DNA of 47,736 bases, filler included, from Streblomastix strix (Eukaryota): NCBI GenBank assembly GCA_008636045.1. It is 2 parts of 2 records of this genome, joined end to end, with 100 filler letters (N's around TTAATTAATTAA, not from the genome) between each part and the next. Parts side by side here need not be neighbours in the genome. Positions count along the whole stretch, not along the records: positions 1 to 23,818 come from SNRW01000257.1; 1 more part is not named here. One strand, given 5' to 3'. Position numbers and translations under genes: made by a program. Shown piece by piece: positions 1 to 13,387 of this stretch. The stretch's first letter is position 1; every line of letters starts with the position of its first letter. Below the pieces are notes generated by a model. The model saw only the letters and a program-made list of their open reading frames with translations, ran no database searches and was not told where the DNA came from.

Positions 1-2
1 AT

Positions 3-164
3 TATAACTTCAATTATCAATCACAATCTCAATCTTAATATTTTGGAGATTAATTCTCTGATTATTCGAATCATAAAGATGCTATCACTCATCTGACTCA
101 GGTTGAACATAGGTTGGTGTCTGGAGCAAGAGATGGAACTGTAATCGTTTGGGGTGAACAGTGA
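3..164 (+). CDS. 3' end of a WD40-repeat protein, resembling the Vps15/PIK3R4 C-terminus (5'-partial)
   Basis: With TAR=Q the frame reads ...YSNHKDAITHLTQVEHRLVSGARDGTVIVWGEQ* (TGA 162-164). This is a terminal WD repeat similar to the H.D.IT...SRDG.V.VW end of Vps15. Confidence 0.65.
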
Positions 165-842
165 ACATTGAATATTTTATAAAAAGCTGTTTTTTTGTCA
201 TAAATTTATCATAATATATATTATTATTTATTTCTAACTCAAAATAGTATATTTTATTTTAATTTTAAATACGGAATATGTAAAATAAATATGAAATAAC
301 GAATATTTTAATATAATTATAGAATAAATTTTTTAATTTTTTGTTTACTTAAGAAGATTACTTGATAGCAGCATTTTGAAAATAAATATAAAATATTCAT
401 TTAATATGTTTAGTATATTTGCAAATCACTCTAAATTTGAATGTTTTGTAGGTAGATTGACAGAAATAAATCAATTTCAAATTTGCTGTGGTTTAAAAAA
501 AGAGTAAAAAATCGTTTGTTTAATTTTTTTTATAGCATACTACATACCATACAAAAAATTGTCTAAATTAATATTTTGATCTTTATTACGGCATTTAACT
601 TATAACTATTGAGAAATCATCGTTTGAAAGTAAAATCAGATTTTCCCGTGGAATGATCTTAAATTTTTTGAAATTATATTACTAATTAATATATAGTCCA
701 TTATTTTGCGTACATTTCATTACCAATTAAGTTTCAAATAAGCACAAAATATGAATTTACTGCACGAAATTAATTTGATTGCGCTTTGCTTTCTACATTG
801 TTCATTTTCATTTATTTTCATTTTCCCACTTTGTATAGATTC

Positions 843-3638
843 ATGCCGCCCAAAAAAGGAAAAAAGGGAAAAAAGAAGAAGGCAGCAGAGCCAGAATATG
901 ACGATCCTTATGAAAAAGAATTAAATGCTAAAACTATGGATGATCTGGTGAAAGAAGAAAAAATATGGAAGGATAAAGGTAAAAAGGAGCTCTAAATGCG
1001 CTCTCTTGCAGTGGCAGATAGGGTATAATAGAATGATTTATTGACTTTCTTAGTATTTTATTTTAACTTATAAATTATTTGTTATATTACAGGATATGGG
1101 CGAAAAAGTGTTTAAAGCACTGCAAAATGAATTAGAAACACTTCAAACATCAATAAAACTCCAAGAGGTAAAAATGTAAGATGATTTTACCGAGCACGAG
1201 ACAGATTTAAAGGTATTTTTTTTTTATTCTTTATAATTTAATCCATCTTTAAATTTCACTACGTTTTTCATTTTTATACACAGCAAATAGAGATGAATTT
1301 CAAACACCACATCACCTTCCATGAGATGGACCTAGAGAAAGTAGATACAGATAAAGAGAGTGAAGTTGAATAGAATGCTAAACTCCACAAGGAGAGGTTT
1401 ATTTATATTCATGTAATTATATGGATATATATTATATATTATATTATATATTATATTGATTATTATATTATGTTAATTATTATATAGAGAAGAATAAATA
1501 AGGAGAGCTCATGCATTTGTAGATTAGTAACTTAGTCAGGGTAAGGAGAACTAAGAAAGAGCATTACAGGTATTTATTATTATAATATATATTTAATATT
1601 GATTTGTAAATAATTAATTATTATTATTTTATTTTAATATTTGATCTATTATAGGCACTTTCAGTAAATATTGCTCTTATGAAATAAAAGGGCAAAGAGT
1701 TTCTTCAAGAACTTACTGTATGCAATTTAAACAATATATTTTGATTTATATTTCTTTATTGTTTTATAAATGTTATTTATTTTTTCTTTTTGTTTAATTA
1801 ATTTACTTCAGGAAAAACTTGAAGCTAGAAAGGAAGCTTATGTCAATATGTGGACTCTTAGAAGACGTGTTGAGGTATATAATGAATAATAATTAATATT
1901 TCTAATGCATATATACATATATTAGTTATTTATTCATTATTAATTCAATAATATTTATTTATTAATTAATTCAATAATATTTATTTATTAATTCAATAAT
2001 ATTTATTTATTTATTAATTCAATAATATTTATTTATTGATTAATTAATTTATTCACAGCTTATGGAGATTGAAGAAAGAAAGAACCGACACATATTCACA
2101 TTGAATGACCATCATAGAAATGCATTTGCTAAGACTAAGATGTATTATAATCAAGTTACTGTGAATAACTTAAAGATTATTAGATCTTTGAAGGTATATA
2201 ATAATTATTGTTAGTAGTAATAGATATTATTATTGCAAACTTATCATGAATATTAAATTATTTAAATATTTACATTATTAAATTAATATAAACAGAAAGA
2301 AATTGAAGATTGCACCAAAAGAAATGAAGCAATTGTTCACGATTAAGCAAGAATGACTGAATCTATTGAAGATATTCGGTATTTTATATGAATGTAATAT
2401 AAATATTATTATATTACTTAATCAAACTTGATATATATTTATTATATTATTATTCAGAGCTCAACGAACACCAGCTGAATAAACTCTTCATTAAATGAGA
2501 GAAGATGTTGCTACTTATGAGAAGGTTAATAATATAAATAACCTATATATAAAGAGAATTATTAGAAATGGATAAATATTTACTATTATAGAGATTATAT
2601 TATTTAATATTTAATATTTCTAATATATAATATATTATTCAGGAAATGTCTGTTTTACACAGTACAAGGATGCATAATCGTATTTTACAAAGCCAACTTC
2701 AACAACTTGAAGCTGATCATGAGGTATATATAATAATAATTAATTTATTTCAATTTTAATAACTAATAATAATTATTTTATATCGCACTCTATTTATAAT
2801 ATATTTTACTTTTATATCAATTAAAGGTTCTTGAAAAGAAATTCTAATAATAAATGAAAGAGAAATCTGAATTAGAGAAGAAATATGAAGAAAGATTGGA
2901 GGTTTGTTTTAATTAATAAGAAATTTAGACAAATAAACAAAAATAAGAAATATTGATATTTATTATATTATATAATTATATAATTATTAATTTATCCATT
3001 TCTTTATATTTTAATCAGATTGCCAGATAGCGTGGAATGATTCCATCTGGAGTAATGATTGGAAGAATAAATGCTCAAAGGTTAATATTATAATAATTAT
3101 TTATATATATAACTTAACAATAATAACTTATATATTTATATTTATCTATATGATATATAATAATAGATAACTTCTTGCAAAGAAAGAAGATTAATTGGCT
3201 GAAGTTGTAGCCAGTGCATAACTTGATCCAGAGGTGTGATACAATAATAATTATTATTAATTCAATATTATTATATTATTTACTAAATAGGGAGTTCATG
3301 AACTTACTGCACAATTGGATGAGATTCTCACAGCTAAAAACAGAATAATTGAAGATTTGAAATATGAAATCATTCGTGTTACTAAAGTATGATAGAAATA
3401 ATATGAATAAAAAAGAATTATATAATTTTTTTCTTTAATTTTCCCCTTTCATTCATTTATTTATCTATTTATTCTATAATATATTATCTATAATATTAAA
3501 TAGGCTCATAATGATGCCATTCATGTAATGGAGTCCAAATTACTTGAAATGGGAATACCAGAAGAAGATCTTGGATACCGTCCTACTGTTACATCCACTG
3601 TTACATCTCCTGCTGGCCTAGTATCTGCATTGATTTGA
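843..3638 (+). CDS. GAS8: Dynein regulatory complex subunit 4 (GAS8/trypanin), about 15 exons
   Basis: Spliced translation: MPPKKGKKGKKKK...LRRRVELMEIEERKNRHIFTLNDHHRNAFAKTKMYYNQVTVNNLKIIRSLK...LTAKNRIIEDLKYEIIRVTKAHNDAIHVMESKLLEMGIPEEDLGYRP...PAGLVS. These match the GAS8 motifs EERKN, YYN.IT.NNL..I.SLK, KAHND and PAGLV. About 14 GT-AG introns; TGA at 3636-3638. Confidence 0.93.
1940..2035. repeat. Short degenerate tandem repeat (TTAATTCAATAATATTT(T)ATTT core) in a GAS8 intron
   Basis: The core TTAATTCAATAATATTT occurs about 4 times in one AT-rich intron. Confidence 0.7.
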
Positions 3639-4045
3639 TTATGATGATTGATAATGATTGATAATTATGATATTAATGTTGAATATATGATAATGATATT
3701 GAAAGACAACTTGGAAGATATAAATTCAATTGAGTGTTTAATTATAGAATATCAAACAGGATACAATCCCATTCACTTCGATGAATCATTTTTTTTTATA
3801 TTTCCAATTTTATCATACATACAACCCATTAAACAAAACAAAATAAAAGAATATTCAATTATTTTAATAAGCAAGGTTGTTTTATAAGATTATGACATTG
3901 TAAAATGACTATTACAATTAAGAAATATGTATTGAAAAGAATAATATTAATTACCTAAAAGTGAAATATAACAAGTATTATATTCATAGAGTTATTTATA
4001 ATTGTTGTCTGCCATATTTTGTTTACTACCGCTTTATTTATCCTT

Positions 4046-6704
4046 TCACCAATCAATGGCTTTTTCATTGGCAAGCTTCTTAACTGTAGGTTCCTTGAGT
4101 TTACTTGATGCCAGAACAGTGAATGAGGAATCTGGTATATTAAGATAGATCTATAAAAAATAAATATATGAATTATTATAATTTAATATAATAAACAAGT
4201 AAATAATAATAATTTAATATTAAAGATCATTATTAAGAAGGGCTCAAACATAAAATTTCACTGGTTCTTTAATCCCCTTAACAAATATTGGCTGTTAAAC
4301 TGAATCAATGAAGAAGTGAAGTGTTCCTGCATTAGCATTCAGTTCCATAGTAATTAATTGTCCATCAACGAACTTCTCGTTTCCCTCGAGTTTGTTCCCC
4401 TTGAAATGAACACCTCCAGAACTTTATATATAAAATATAAATTAATAAATTAATGAATAATTATTTCTTAAAATATTTGTTATATTTCATATAATAAAAT
4501 ACCCTCCGTTATAGTACAGCATGCTTTGCATATCTATATTTATATATAAATAAATAAATAAAATAAGTACATTATTAGCCATATATATAATATATATATT
4601 ATCATACTAATTTCAGCTCCAGGTGCACATGGAAATGACAAACGAAAATCAGCCTTCACTATTCCAATAATACGATAAGCATGATCTTATATACTACTTT
4701 TATCAAACTTTCCACTGAAGCAGTGAATTCCATTCTTGATAACTAAGTTCAATGGGATGGAATGATTGTTCTTGGATATTGCAACAACTTTCCTTTGGAG
4801 TTAATCAACATAAAGAAGCTTCAACTCTTATCCAGTTGGATCAGGATTCTCAAGTTCAGATTTGCTATCTGTGAATATTATAATATAATATAATATAAAG
4901 AATCAATAACAAATAACAATAATAAATTATATTATTTAAAAAGATAATATACCATCATCCGTCGTACTTGTAATAGGAGCTAATCTAATCAGTGATAGCT
5001 TCCTATGAACATTCTACTACTTACTAACAGGAGATAGGATATTACTTGGTGGTAATGGAGAAACAGATTATTAACGTTACTATGTAATCAGTTGTGGATT
5101 AATAGTGTTCATTAATATTGGAGATGATTTTTGTCTATGAAGTGAAGATTACTCAGGTTTGGGAGATATACCTGGTTGAGGTATCTGTTATGATGAATTA
5201 AGTTATTATTATTATTATTATTAAGCCTGTTGTTATTAAATATATTGAAGATGAGCAATCTCAAATTAGAGATGTTGAATCTCTTAATCTTTTGCCTTTA
5301 ATTGGTCAAGTACCGTCTTTGTGTGTTCCTATGCAGATAAAGCCTATTGATGAGTGTTGCTTTTTGTGTGCAACTCGTTCTGCAGCTGTTATTCAGCTAT
5401 TTTAGCTCATTCTTCAGCAGCATGTGCTCTTTCTTCAGCTGAATATGCTCTTTCTTCAGCAATTTGGATCCTTTCTGTGACTTCACTGTTATCTTGTTCA
5501 GAAACATCATCTTTATCATCATTTGGGTCTTCTTACTTGATGATAAGCTGTATCTGTTGGATGAATAAGTTTATTGATTTAGGAAGTTTCTGATGTACTA
5601 ATCTCTCAACTACTTTTCGCAGTTATTTTATTCCTTTCTCAATCCTGACATCAGATTTAAGTAATTTATCAACAATTTCGAGTACATTCAGTAGTACAGC
5701 TTATGAAGACAAAGTCTGTTAATAAAATTAAGACGGAATCATCCTTTCCAGAAGTTCAGCTGTCTTTTCGATTATCCCGAGTTCAACAAGTCCTTTTAAT
5801 ACCTCTTATTTCACACCATAGGCCTTAATTAGAGATTATTTCCCTGTTTCTGAGATCTTTTCATCTTTATTCTGAGTTAAATGTAATAATAATATAAAAC
5901 AATACAATATAATATATTAAAATTAAATATATATTCACACAAATAGAAGTGTCATCAACGGAGAAATTAAACTTCGCCAATCAACGATTTCTCCAGATTC
6001 AGAACCACGTTGTTCAACAAGCTCTAGTAATGTTCCACACATTGTCTGTAAAGTATAATTAGAATAATATAATGTAAAAATAAATTTCATACTCTTATTT
6101 TGGGATTTGAAGTTTTGAACATGAGACCAGATAAAGATTCTATAACACCACTATCAGTAACTATGCCTTTCCACTAATTTTTATCAACTACAATAATATT
6201 GAAATGAAAATTAATCATTTTGTTAATGAATTAAAAATGGATGCAAATATTCACACATATAATGGAAAGAACTAATAGTCTCTCCAAGGACTGAGATTTT
6301 TCTAGATCAGAAACCTCTCGGAGTCTCAAGCGTGAGGCATGAAGAATAATTTGTGAAGTTGCCTGAATTAATTAAAAAATAAATTTTACATTAAATTATG
6401 ATAACTATTAAAACATTAAATTTCTATTCGTTGAAAAATTGTAGCATTAATAAAATTATTTTAATTGAGCAAAAAAGCAGTGAATAAGAAGAAAAAAATA
6501 TTAATTGTAGTAAATATTTTTCTATTAATATCTTTATCTAACATTTTACTGCAAAGTTAATAAAATGGTTCTACATTATACATAAAAATGATACATTAGA
6601 AATAAACTCATTTTCTCTTCGCATACATCGCTGTCAGCCAATACTTACGTCCTAAGTTAATCAGTTATGCTAGCTTCACCTGTTTGTCGAGTAGGACGGT
6701 CCAT
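4046..6704 (-). CDS. ARM-like + coiled-coil + Q-rich + C-terminal SPRY/B30.2-like protein, copy 1, with one in-frame TGA at 5407-5409 (possible pseudogene)
   Basis: MDRPTRQ...DWRSLISPLMTLLFNKDEKISETGKQSL...; C-terminal domain ...ENPDPTG...GNKLEGNEKFVDGQLITMELNANAGTLHFFIDSVQQPIFVKGIKEPVKFY...PTVKKLANEKAIDW*. Exon structure is collinear with the paralog at 8712-12032. Confidence 0.8.
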
Positions 6705-7226
6705 TTTATTGTATGCTGAGGAATCACCAACAATCCCTATTTTTAAGGTCGCGCAATTCATACTTATTCGCATTATCTTATTATTTAAATTATTTATACC
6801 AATTGAAATATATATTTGAAAGACTTATTGACCATCTCGTATGCTTTAGTAATATGCGAATATATCAATAAAGATCTCGTGTTTCTCCACTTATTAAATA
6901 TATAATATAAATATTTTTAAAAATTTATAGATGATATTTATATTTTGAAACAATATTCTCATTACAAATATATTTTACTTAATCAAGACTAAGTAATCAT
7001 ACCAGAAACATTTTTTCACTAATTTTGAATAAATAAATGATTAAAATAGAAAAAATGTTGTTTAATCCATTTTATTTCATGTATTTCAGAATATTTAAAC
7101 AAATACTTCTTACATTCCTTTTTTAATCAATATATTTTCATAATTTTATTGTTTTTATTTTCATCCCTATACTTATTTTGCTTTTTAGAGTCGTTGAAAC
7201 CTACATTACCACACACTAATATTGAG

Positions 7227-8030
7227 ATGACTAACAAATAAGAAGGTACTTTATTTTAATATTTATATATTATTTATTTATTTAATACTTTTATTATCAT
7301 TATATTTATTTCATCTTTAAATTGTTATTAAAATAAATTAGATTAACCAATCAAAGATGTTATTGCAGACATAATTTCTTTCGCTTCCTCAGACAAGTAA
7401 AATAAAAAGACAGATTTAAATGAATAATCAAAATCAACCTCTTCTTTATAAGCAATTTCTACTTCTCTTTAATCCCTTTAAATTCAAATATAGAATAATA
7501 ATATATGTAAAGAAGTGACTTATACGCCAAACATCCTTCATTCTCTATGCATACTTACTTATTATTAACTCAACACACTTAGTAATCAAAAATAGAATAG
7601 ATGAGCATTATTTATAAGAAGTAGAAGCAGATTGTGTCTTTATTTGATTCTGGTCTGGGGTGATGAATCAGAAATTGCTGAACTTGTTAATATTGGATAT
7701 GCTGGAGTTTGTATCATTGCAATCAGTACAGCAGGAGGAATTGGTGTATAAGATTTGGAGATCTGTGATGGATTGAATCACATATTCAGGTTCCTCAAAG
7801 ATCTCCATCAAGGAAAATATCTTATTCCATTTCCTATATGTCCACCTCTTCCTTTACTTTCCAAAAGCTCTATAGAACAAATAGAAGAAGAAGGTGGAAG
7901 TGAAGAAATTGACGCTTAATTAATAAATAACAGATAAAATGGTTATATCAAATATGAAGCAAACATGGCTAAATCAGAGATACTGAACCACTTCATTTAC
8001 AGGAGTGATAAAGAACCAGAGCGGTTTTGA
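7227..8030 (+). CDS. Member A of a short lineage-specific multicopy family (STAGG / LH.G / EQIEEEG motifs), with in-frame TGA at 7602-7604
   Basis: Two exons (about 7227-7245 and 7342-8030). The frame reads ...RSRSRLCLYLILVWGDESEIAELVNIGY...AISTAGGIG...FLKDLHQG...PLPLLSKSSIEQIEEEGGSEEIDAQ...AKSEILNHFI. It is clearly homologous to 19979-20689. Confidence 0.75.
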
Positions 8031-8358
8031 TGAGTTTGATCAGTTTTTAATTTGTTAAATAAGAACTCATTTCATACCAATTAGTACAATCTATTTTTCA
8101 GTTACATTATCTTATTGTAAATATATTATTATAATGATCCAATGTTTGTGTGAGATTGATATTTTAATTTAGCTGCTGCTTATTACACTGAGTGCAAAAC
8201 AAAGTTTACTTGGTTTTCATCGCATAAAATAAGTAATTGGTTGTGAATTACACAGAACATAATACCAAAAATAAACAGCATAATAATCTTTATCTACAGA
8301 TTAATAATAAACATCTTTTTATTTTCAATTTTATATCTTATTCTCAGAGACTGAGGAA

Positions 8359-8439
8359 ATGCTATGTAAGAAAACAAAGAAATCTCCGTTTCCAACAATT
8401 TCTGAAGTTCAGCTTCAACTTAAGATCACCCTTGATCAA
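8359..8439 (+). pseudogene. Truncated duplicate of the first 27 codons of RLP7
   Basis: MLCKKTKKSPFPTISEVQLQLKITLDQ aligns with MPRKKTKKQQFPTVSEVRLQRKITLDQ at 12476. The upstream context TTCTCAGAG..TGAGGAAATG is shared, and similarity ends abruptly. Confidence 0.85.
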
Positions 8440-8711
8440 TATAATAGTACAAGTTTGTTTATTTTTAAGTTGATATAACTTCTAATTAAAAAAAGTAATT
8501 CCACTTCAGTTGTATTTTTTGTTATAATTAATTAACTATTTATTTATAGATTTAAATAATTACTAAAATACTAATACAATAATCAAATATTAATTTGAAT
8601 AAATAATACTAATTATCTAATAGTGGATTTACAGGTGTTGTTAAGTTATAAACAGTCACTCATTTCTAAATTAATACTTTTGTTAATGCGATTTGAATCA
8701 TTTTATTCCTT

Positions 8712-11700
8712 TCACCAATCGAGTGCTTTTTCACTGCGATTTTTCTTCACAGTTGGTTAATTGAGTTTGCTTACAGTTAACGCAGAGAAGGAAGAGTTGG
8801 ATAGATTTAGATAGATCTACATAATATAGATGAATAAAGTTATTACAATTAATTATATAAGATTAAAAAAGAATGAAATTCAAACCCAAAATTTCACTGG
8901 TTCTTTAATCCCCTTAACAAATATTGGCTGTTAAACTGAATCAATGAAGAAGTGAAGTGTTCCTGCATTAGCATTCAGTTCCATAGTAATTAATTGTCCA
9001 TCACTGAATTTATCATTACCATCAAGTCTTATTCCTTTGTAATGAACCCCTCCAGAACTTTATATATACAAACAAATTAAATAATAATAAATAAAGAAAG
9101 AAAACACAAACCTTCCATTGTAGAAGAGCATACATCGACAATCTGTGAAATATATTAAGAAAATAATATATATTAATTACATCTATATCTATATATAATA
9201 AATATATTAATTACATCTATATCTATATATATAATATGTATATTAATTATATCTATATATAATATATATATTAATTATATCTATATCTATATATAATATA
9301 CATATTAATTATATCTATATCTATATATAATATACATATTAATTATATCTATATCTATATATAATATATATATTAATTATATCTATATCTATATATAATA
9401 TATATATTAATAATATCTATATCTATATATAATATATAATATATAATATATATTAATTATATCTATATCTATATAATGGCATACGAGGTTCAACTCCAGG
9501 AGCGCATGGATATGGCAGCTAATAATTAGCCTTCATCAAACCAACCATTCGATATGAATAATCCTAATAAGAGCATTTAGTGAATTTACCGCTCATGCTG
9601 TGTACACCATTTTTCACTAATAAGTTCATAGGGACACAAAGATTGTCTCTTTTGAGTGAAACTGCTTTTCGGAGAAGTTGACCAACACGCCACATACGAA
9701 CAGCATTACCTGTTGGATCTGGATTCTCAAATTCACATTTGTTGTCTATTAATAATATGTATAGAAATAACAAATAATAATAAAGTGATATAATAATATA
9801 TATAATGATATTTCATTTATTATAAACCATCATCTGTTGTAATTGACTTCATAGGTCGTGAAGATGCTTATTCACGTTGACCCGCATGCTGAACTTTATC
9901 ATCCATATCTGAAGCAGATTAATGCCTGGCTGAACGTCTTGCTGAGTGTGATCTTGATGAATGAGACTGTGAATGTCTGAGTGAACGTTGAGAAGATTAA
10001 TCATCTTTGATTGATCTGGATGATCCTTTCCTTGACCTCTGTGATAACGGCCTTAGAGAACTTGATGATACTGATTTCTGCATTCCTTGTTGAGGATCAT
10101 TTGGATTCAGTTGTACACTGCGCATGTATGAATGAGAAGTATGTAGTTTTGGAGTGACTACTTCTTCTTCTTCTTCCTGTTTATGTTGTTTAGAATTTGT
10201 TGGTAACTGACGCATTTACGGGAGTTGATTCAAGGTCTGTGCTTGTTGCCTGTTTGTTGTATCCATACGATTCGTTGTTGTTGGAAGACGAGTTGCTGTA
10301 TTTGGTCCCTGATTTCTATTCGTAATTGTCTGTAATTGTTACCGATTTGTTGTTGTCTGTAGATTCTTATTCTACTGGAAGTTTTGAAGGAGAAGAAGTT
10401 GTTTTGGTTTCGGAGATTGTTTCATCTTTGGAGAAGGCAAAGGTTTTGGAGAAGGAAGTGGTTTTGGAGATCCAGGTTAATTTGGGGAGAAGAAAAGATT
10501 TCCTTTTGGAGATGTTGCTTATTGAAAGGAAAGCTCAGATCCAGATGGTATTTATAGAGATGCATTAGATAGTGACCCCTGTTGCAGTTGTATGTTCTCA
10601 TTCCTTAGACGTTTGATCTCAGCATCTTTCGCTTTTAGTTGGTCAAGAGCAGCTTTTGTGAGCTGTTGAGCTTATAAAGCCTATTCTTGAGTAGTTTTCT
10701 TCAACGTCTGTTCATTCCTCAACTGTTATTCAGCAGCTTTTGCTCTTTCTTCAGCAGCGTACGCTCTTTATTCAGCGATTCTTACTCTCTCCTAATCATT
10801 TGACTGAAGAGACACCCTGCTTTCAGAATCCTCGCTCTCATCCTCTTCAATCTCGTCCTAATCAAGTACAACTAGGATCTGCTGCAATGCGAATTGTATT
10901 GGACGTGGGACCTGTTGTTGGACAAGTCTCTCTGCTACATCCTGGAGATATTGTGTTCGATGCCGTGTTTTGATGCTGGATTTGAGAAGTTTGTCTACAA
11001 TTTCAAGGATGTTGAGTATAACTTATTGCGGTGGTGCATTATCCATGTTCCTATAAGATTGTTCAGAAGAGAAAACTTCGTCTAGTAATTCAGCGGCTTT
11101 ATAAATAATCCCTAATTCAACAAGCCCTCTCAAAGGTGCTCGTTTCTACCCAAAAGCTTTTAGAAGAGATAGTTTCCCAGTATTTGAGATTCTTTCATCT
11201 CGATTCTATATAAGAAATATAACATAATATAATATATTCAAGTAATATAAATAAGCAAACAAAAAGTAATTCCATTAGTGGCGAGACCATTGTCCTCCAA
11301 TCAAGAATCAGCTTAATTTCAGAACCGCGTTGTTCAACAAGCACCAACACACTTGCACACATTGTCTATAAATAATTATTATATTATATTATATTATATT
11401 TAATAATTCAATTATCAAACTCGGATGGTCGCATTTTATGTTTTGAACATTTACATTGAAAGTGCTTCAATTAGTCCAGTCTCGGCTATCATGATTTTCC
11501 ATTAATTTTTATCAACTTTAATATTATTAAATAGAAAATAAACCATATTAAATATATAAATCACAAAAATATTGTAAAATATCGAACATATTTAAATCAG
11601 AATAATAATCTTCTGCATAATCTCTAAAACTTCAGGATCTTAAAGTTCCCTCAATTTTAACCGGGACGAATGAATCATTACTTGCTACTTAGCCTGATAA

Positions 11701-12032
11701 AGACAAAAATAACATTTAAATTTTTAATAATTATTAAAATGTTAGACGTCTGCGTCGTTGAAAAATTAAATATTTATTGAAATTATTTTTAGTCAGGCAA
11801 TAAAACCACAAATAACGGCCAGAAATAGATAATTGAAGAAAATGTTTTTCATATTAAAAAGTATAGTTAGTTAAATGTTGCAAATAAATATAATATGTAC
11901 GTGTTCTAACAAAAACAGGAATTTTCAAACAAAAAATATTTTCGCTTTGCATACATCACTTCCTGAAAGAGCTTCCACGATAACTGCTTAAGTTACTGCT
12001 TCCCAATTGGGTGGACGTTTGTGAAAATTCAT
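8712..12032 (-). CDS. ARM-like + coiled-coil + S/P/Q-rich + SPRY/B30.2-like protein, copy 2 (appears intact)
   Basis: MNFHKRPPNWEAVTQ...DWRTMVSPLMELLFNRDERISNTGKLSL...AEQRAYAAEERAKAAEQQL...FENPDPTGNAVRMW...PTVKKNRSEKALDW*. Intron positions match copy 1. Confidence 0.85.
9163..9476. repeat. Intronic minisatellite, unit about 30 bp (TATATTAATTATATCTATATCTATATATAATA-like), about 10 copies
   Basis: Visible tandem array within one intron of copy 2. The equivalent intron of copy 1 (about 4534-4607) is short and lacks the array. Confidence 0.85.
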
Positions 12033-12475
12033 TTGATTGTCCGCTGAGGAATTCCCAATAATCCCTATTTTTCAGGTCACACAATTAATTCTTACTTACA
12101 TTATCCTATTATTTAAAATGTTTTAGCTAATTAATATATATATTTGAAAGATTTATTGTTCATCTCGTATTATTCAGTTATTTGCGAAACAATCAATAAA
12201 AAATCGTGTGTTTCTCCACTAATTCAAGATTTAAACTAATATTTATAACTATATATTATTTATATCCTTGCAATAAAATGTCATCTCTTACTACAAATAA
12301 ATTTTACAAAAGGAAGACAAAGTAATCTTACTCGAGATTTTTTTCACTAACTCTTGCATAACTAAATGATTAATCAAGAATGAAAGCTGTTTTATCTATT
12401 TTATTTCATACATTTGATTATGAAAACATTATTTTATTCTCAATATTACTCCTTATATTCTCAGAGCTTGAGGAA

Positions 12476-13279
12476 ATGCCACGAAAGAAAACGAAGAAAT
12501 AGCAGTTTCCAACAGTCTCTGAAGTTAGACTTCAACGCAAGATCACCCTTGATCAATAGCGTAAAATAAGGACAAAGAAACGAGCCCGAAATCCAAAACA
12601 AGTTTTTTACCATGCCGAAGATTTTGTGAAATAGAATAGGGCAAAGAGTCGTAGTAAAACATACGAGAAGAAGGTGCATGGAACTCTGAAGAAGATTCAG
12701 GAGCGCAATAGCAACCATTCACGACTCATCTTTGTTATTCTAGCTTAAAGGTTCCCAACACTTAATTTTGTTATTATATTTTTTTTTTCTGATCTTTTTT
12801 ATAGACGCGCTTTTGGATTATCCAGTGAAGCAGGGCGTATTCTTGATGGCTGGAGGCTTAGACAATCAGGTTATGGAGTGTTTCTAAGTGCAGGTCCAAA
12901 GACTTTTGCTTTATTGAAGAAAGTAGAGCCCTATGTAACATATGGAGAACCTTCTGTACCAACTATCCGACAACTTATTCAGAAACGTGGGTTAGGAAAA
13001 TCAAATGGAAAAAAAGTCCAACTCACCGATAATAAGATTGTAGAAGACTATTTCAGAGAGAAAGGACTGGAAGATGGAGCCATATGCTGTGTGGAGGATC
13101 TTGTGCACGAAATATCCACTAAAGGACCGCATTTCAAAGAAGTAACTGCATTCTTAGAGCCATTCCAAGTAAGTAAGAAATTGAGACATAGGCATTCTCT
13201 TAGAAGGTTCACTGCAGGTGGAACTCGTGGGGATAGAGGAAATAGAATCAACAATCTCATTGAGGTTAATATTGGGTGA
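12476..13279 (+). CDS. RLP7: Ribosome biogenesis protein Rlp7 / RPL7L1 (uL30 family), 2 exons, intron 12751-12804
   Basis: uL30/L7 motifs: LIFVI, LRQ..YGVF, VEPYVTYGEP, LIQKRG, LTDNKIVE, ICCVEDLVHEI...GPHFKEV..FL.PF, G.RG..IN.LI. The N-terminal FYHAEDFVK and the high divergence favour the biogenesis paralog over ribosomal L7. Confidence 0.8.
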
Positions 13280-13387
13280 TCTATACAGCTTATTTTATTT
13301 TATTTTATTATCATTTCATTTTAATATGAATATAATACAAACATTAAAGAGTTTTAAAATATTTATATCAGTTTGATAATTAAGATA

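Noticed and set aside
12278..12471. Spliced upstream ORF (MSSLTTNKFYKRKTKA*) ending just before the RLP7 ATG
   Set aside because: It depends on an unverified transcription start and donor, and its ATG is not conserved in the duplicated copy.
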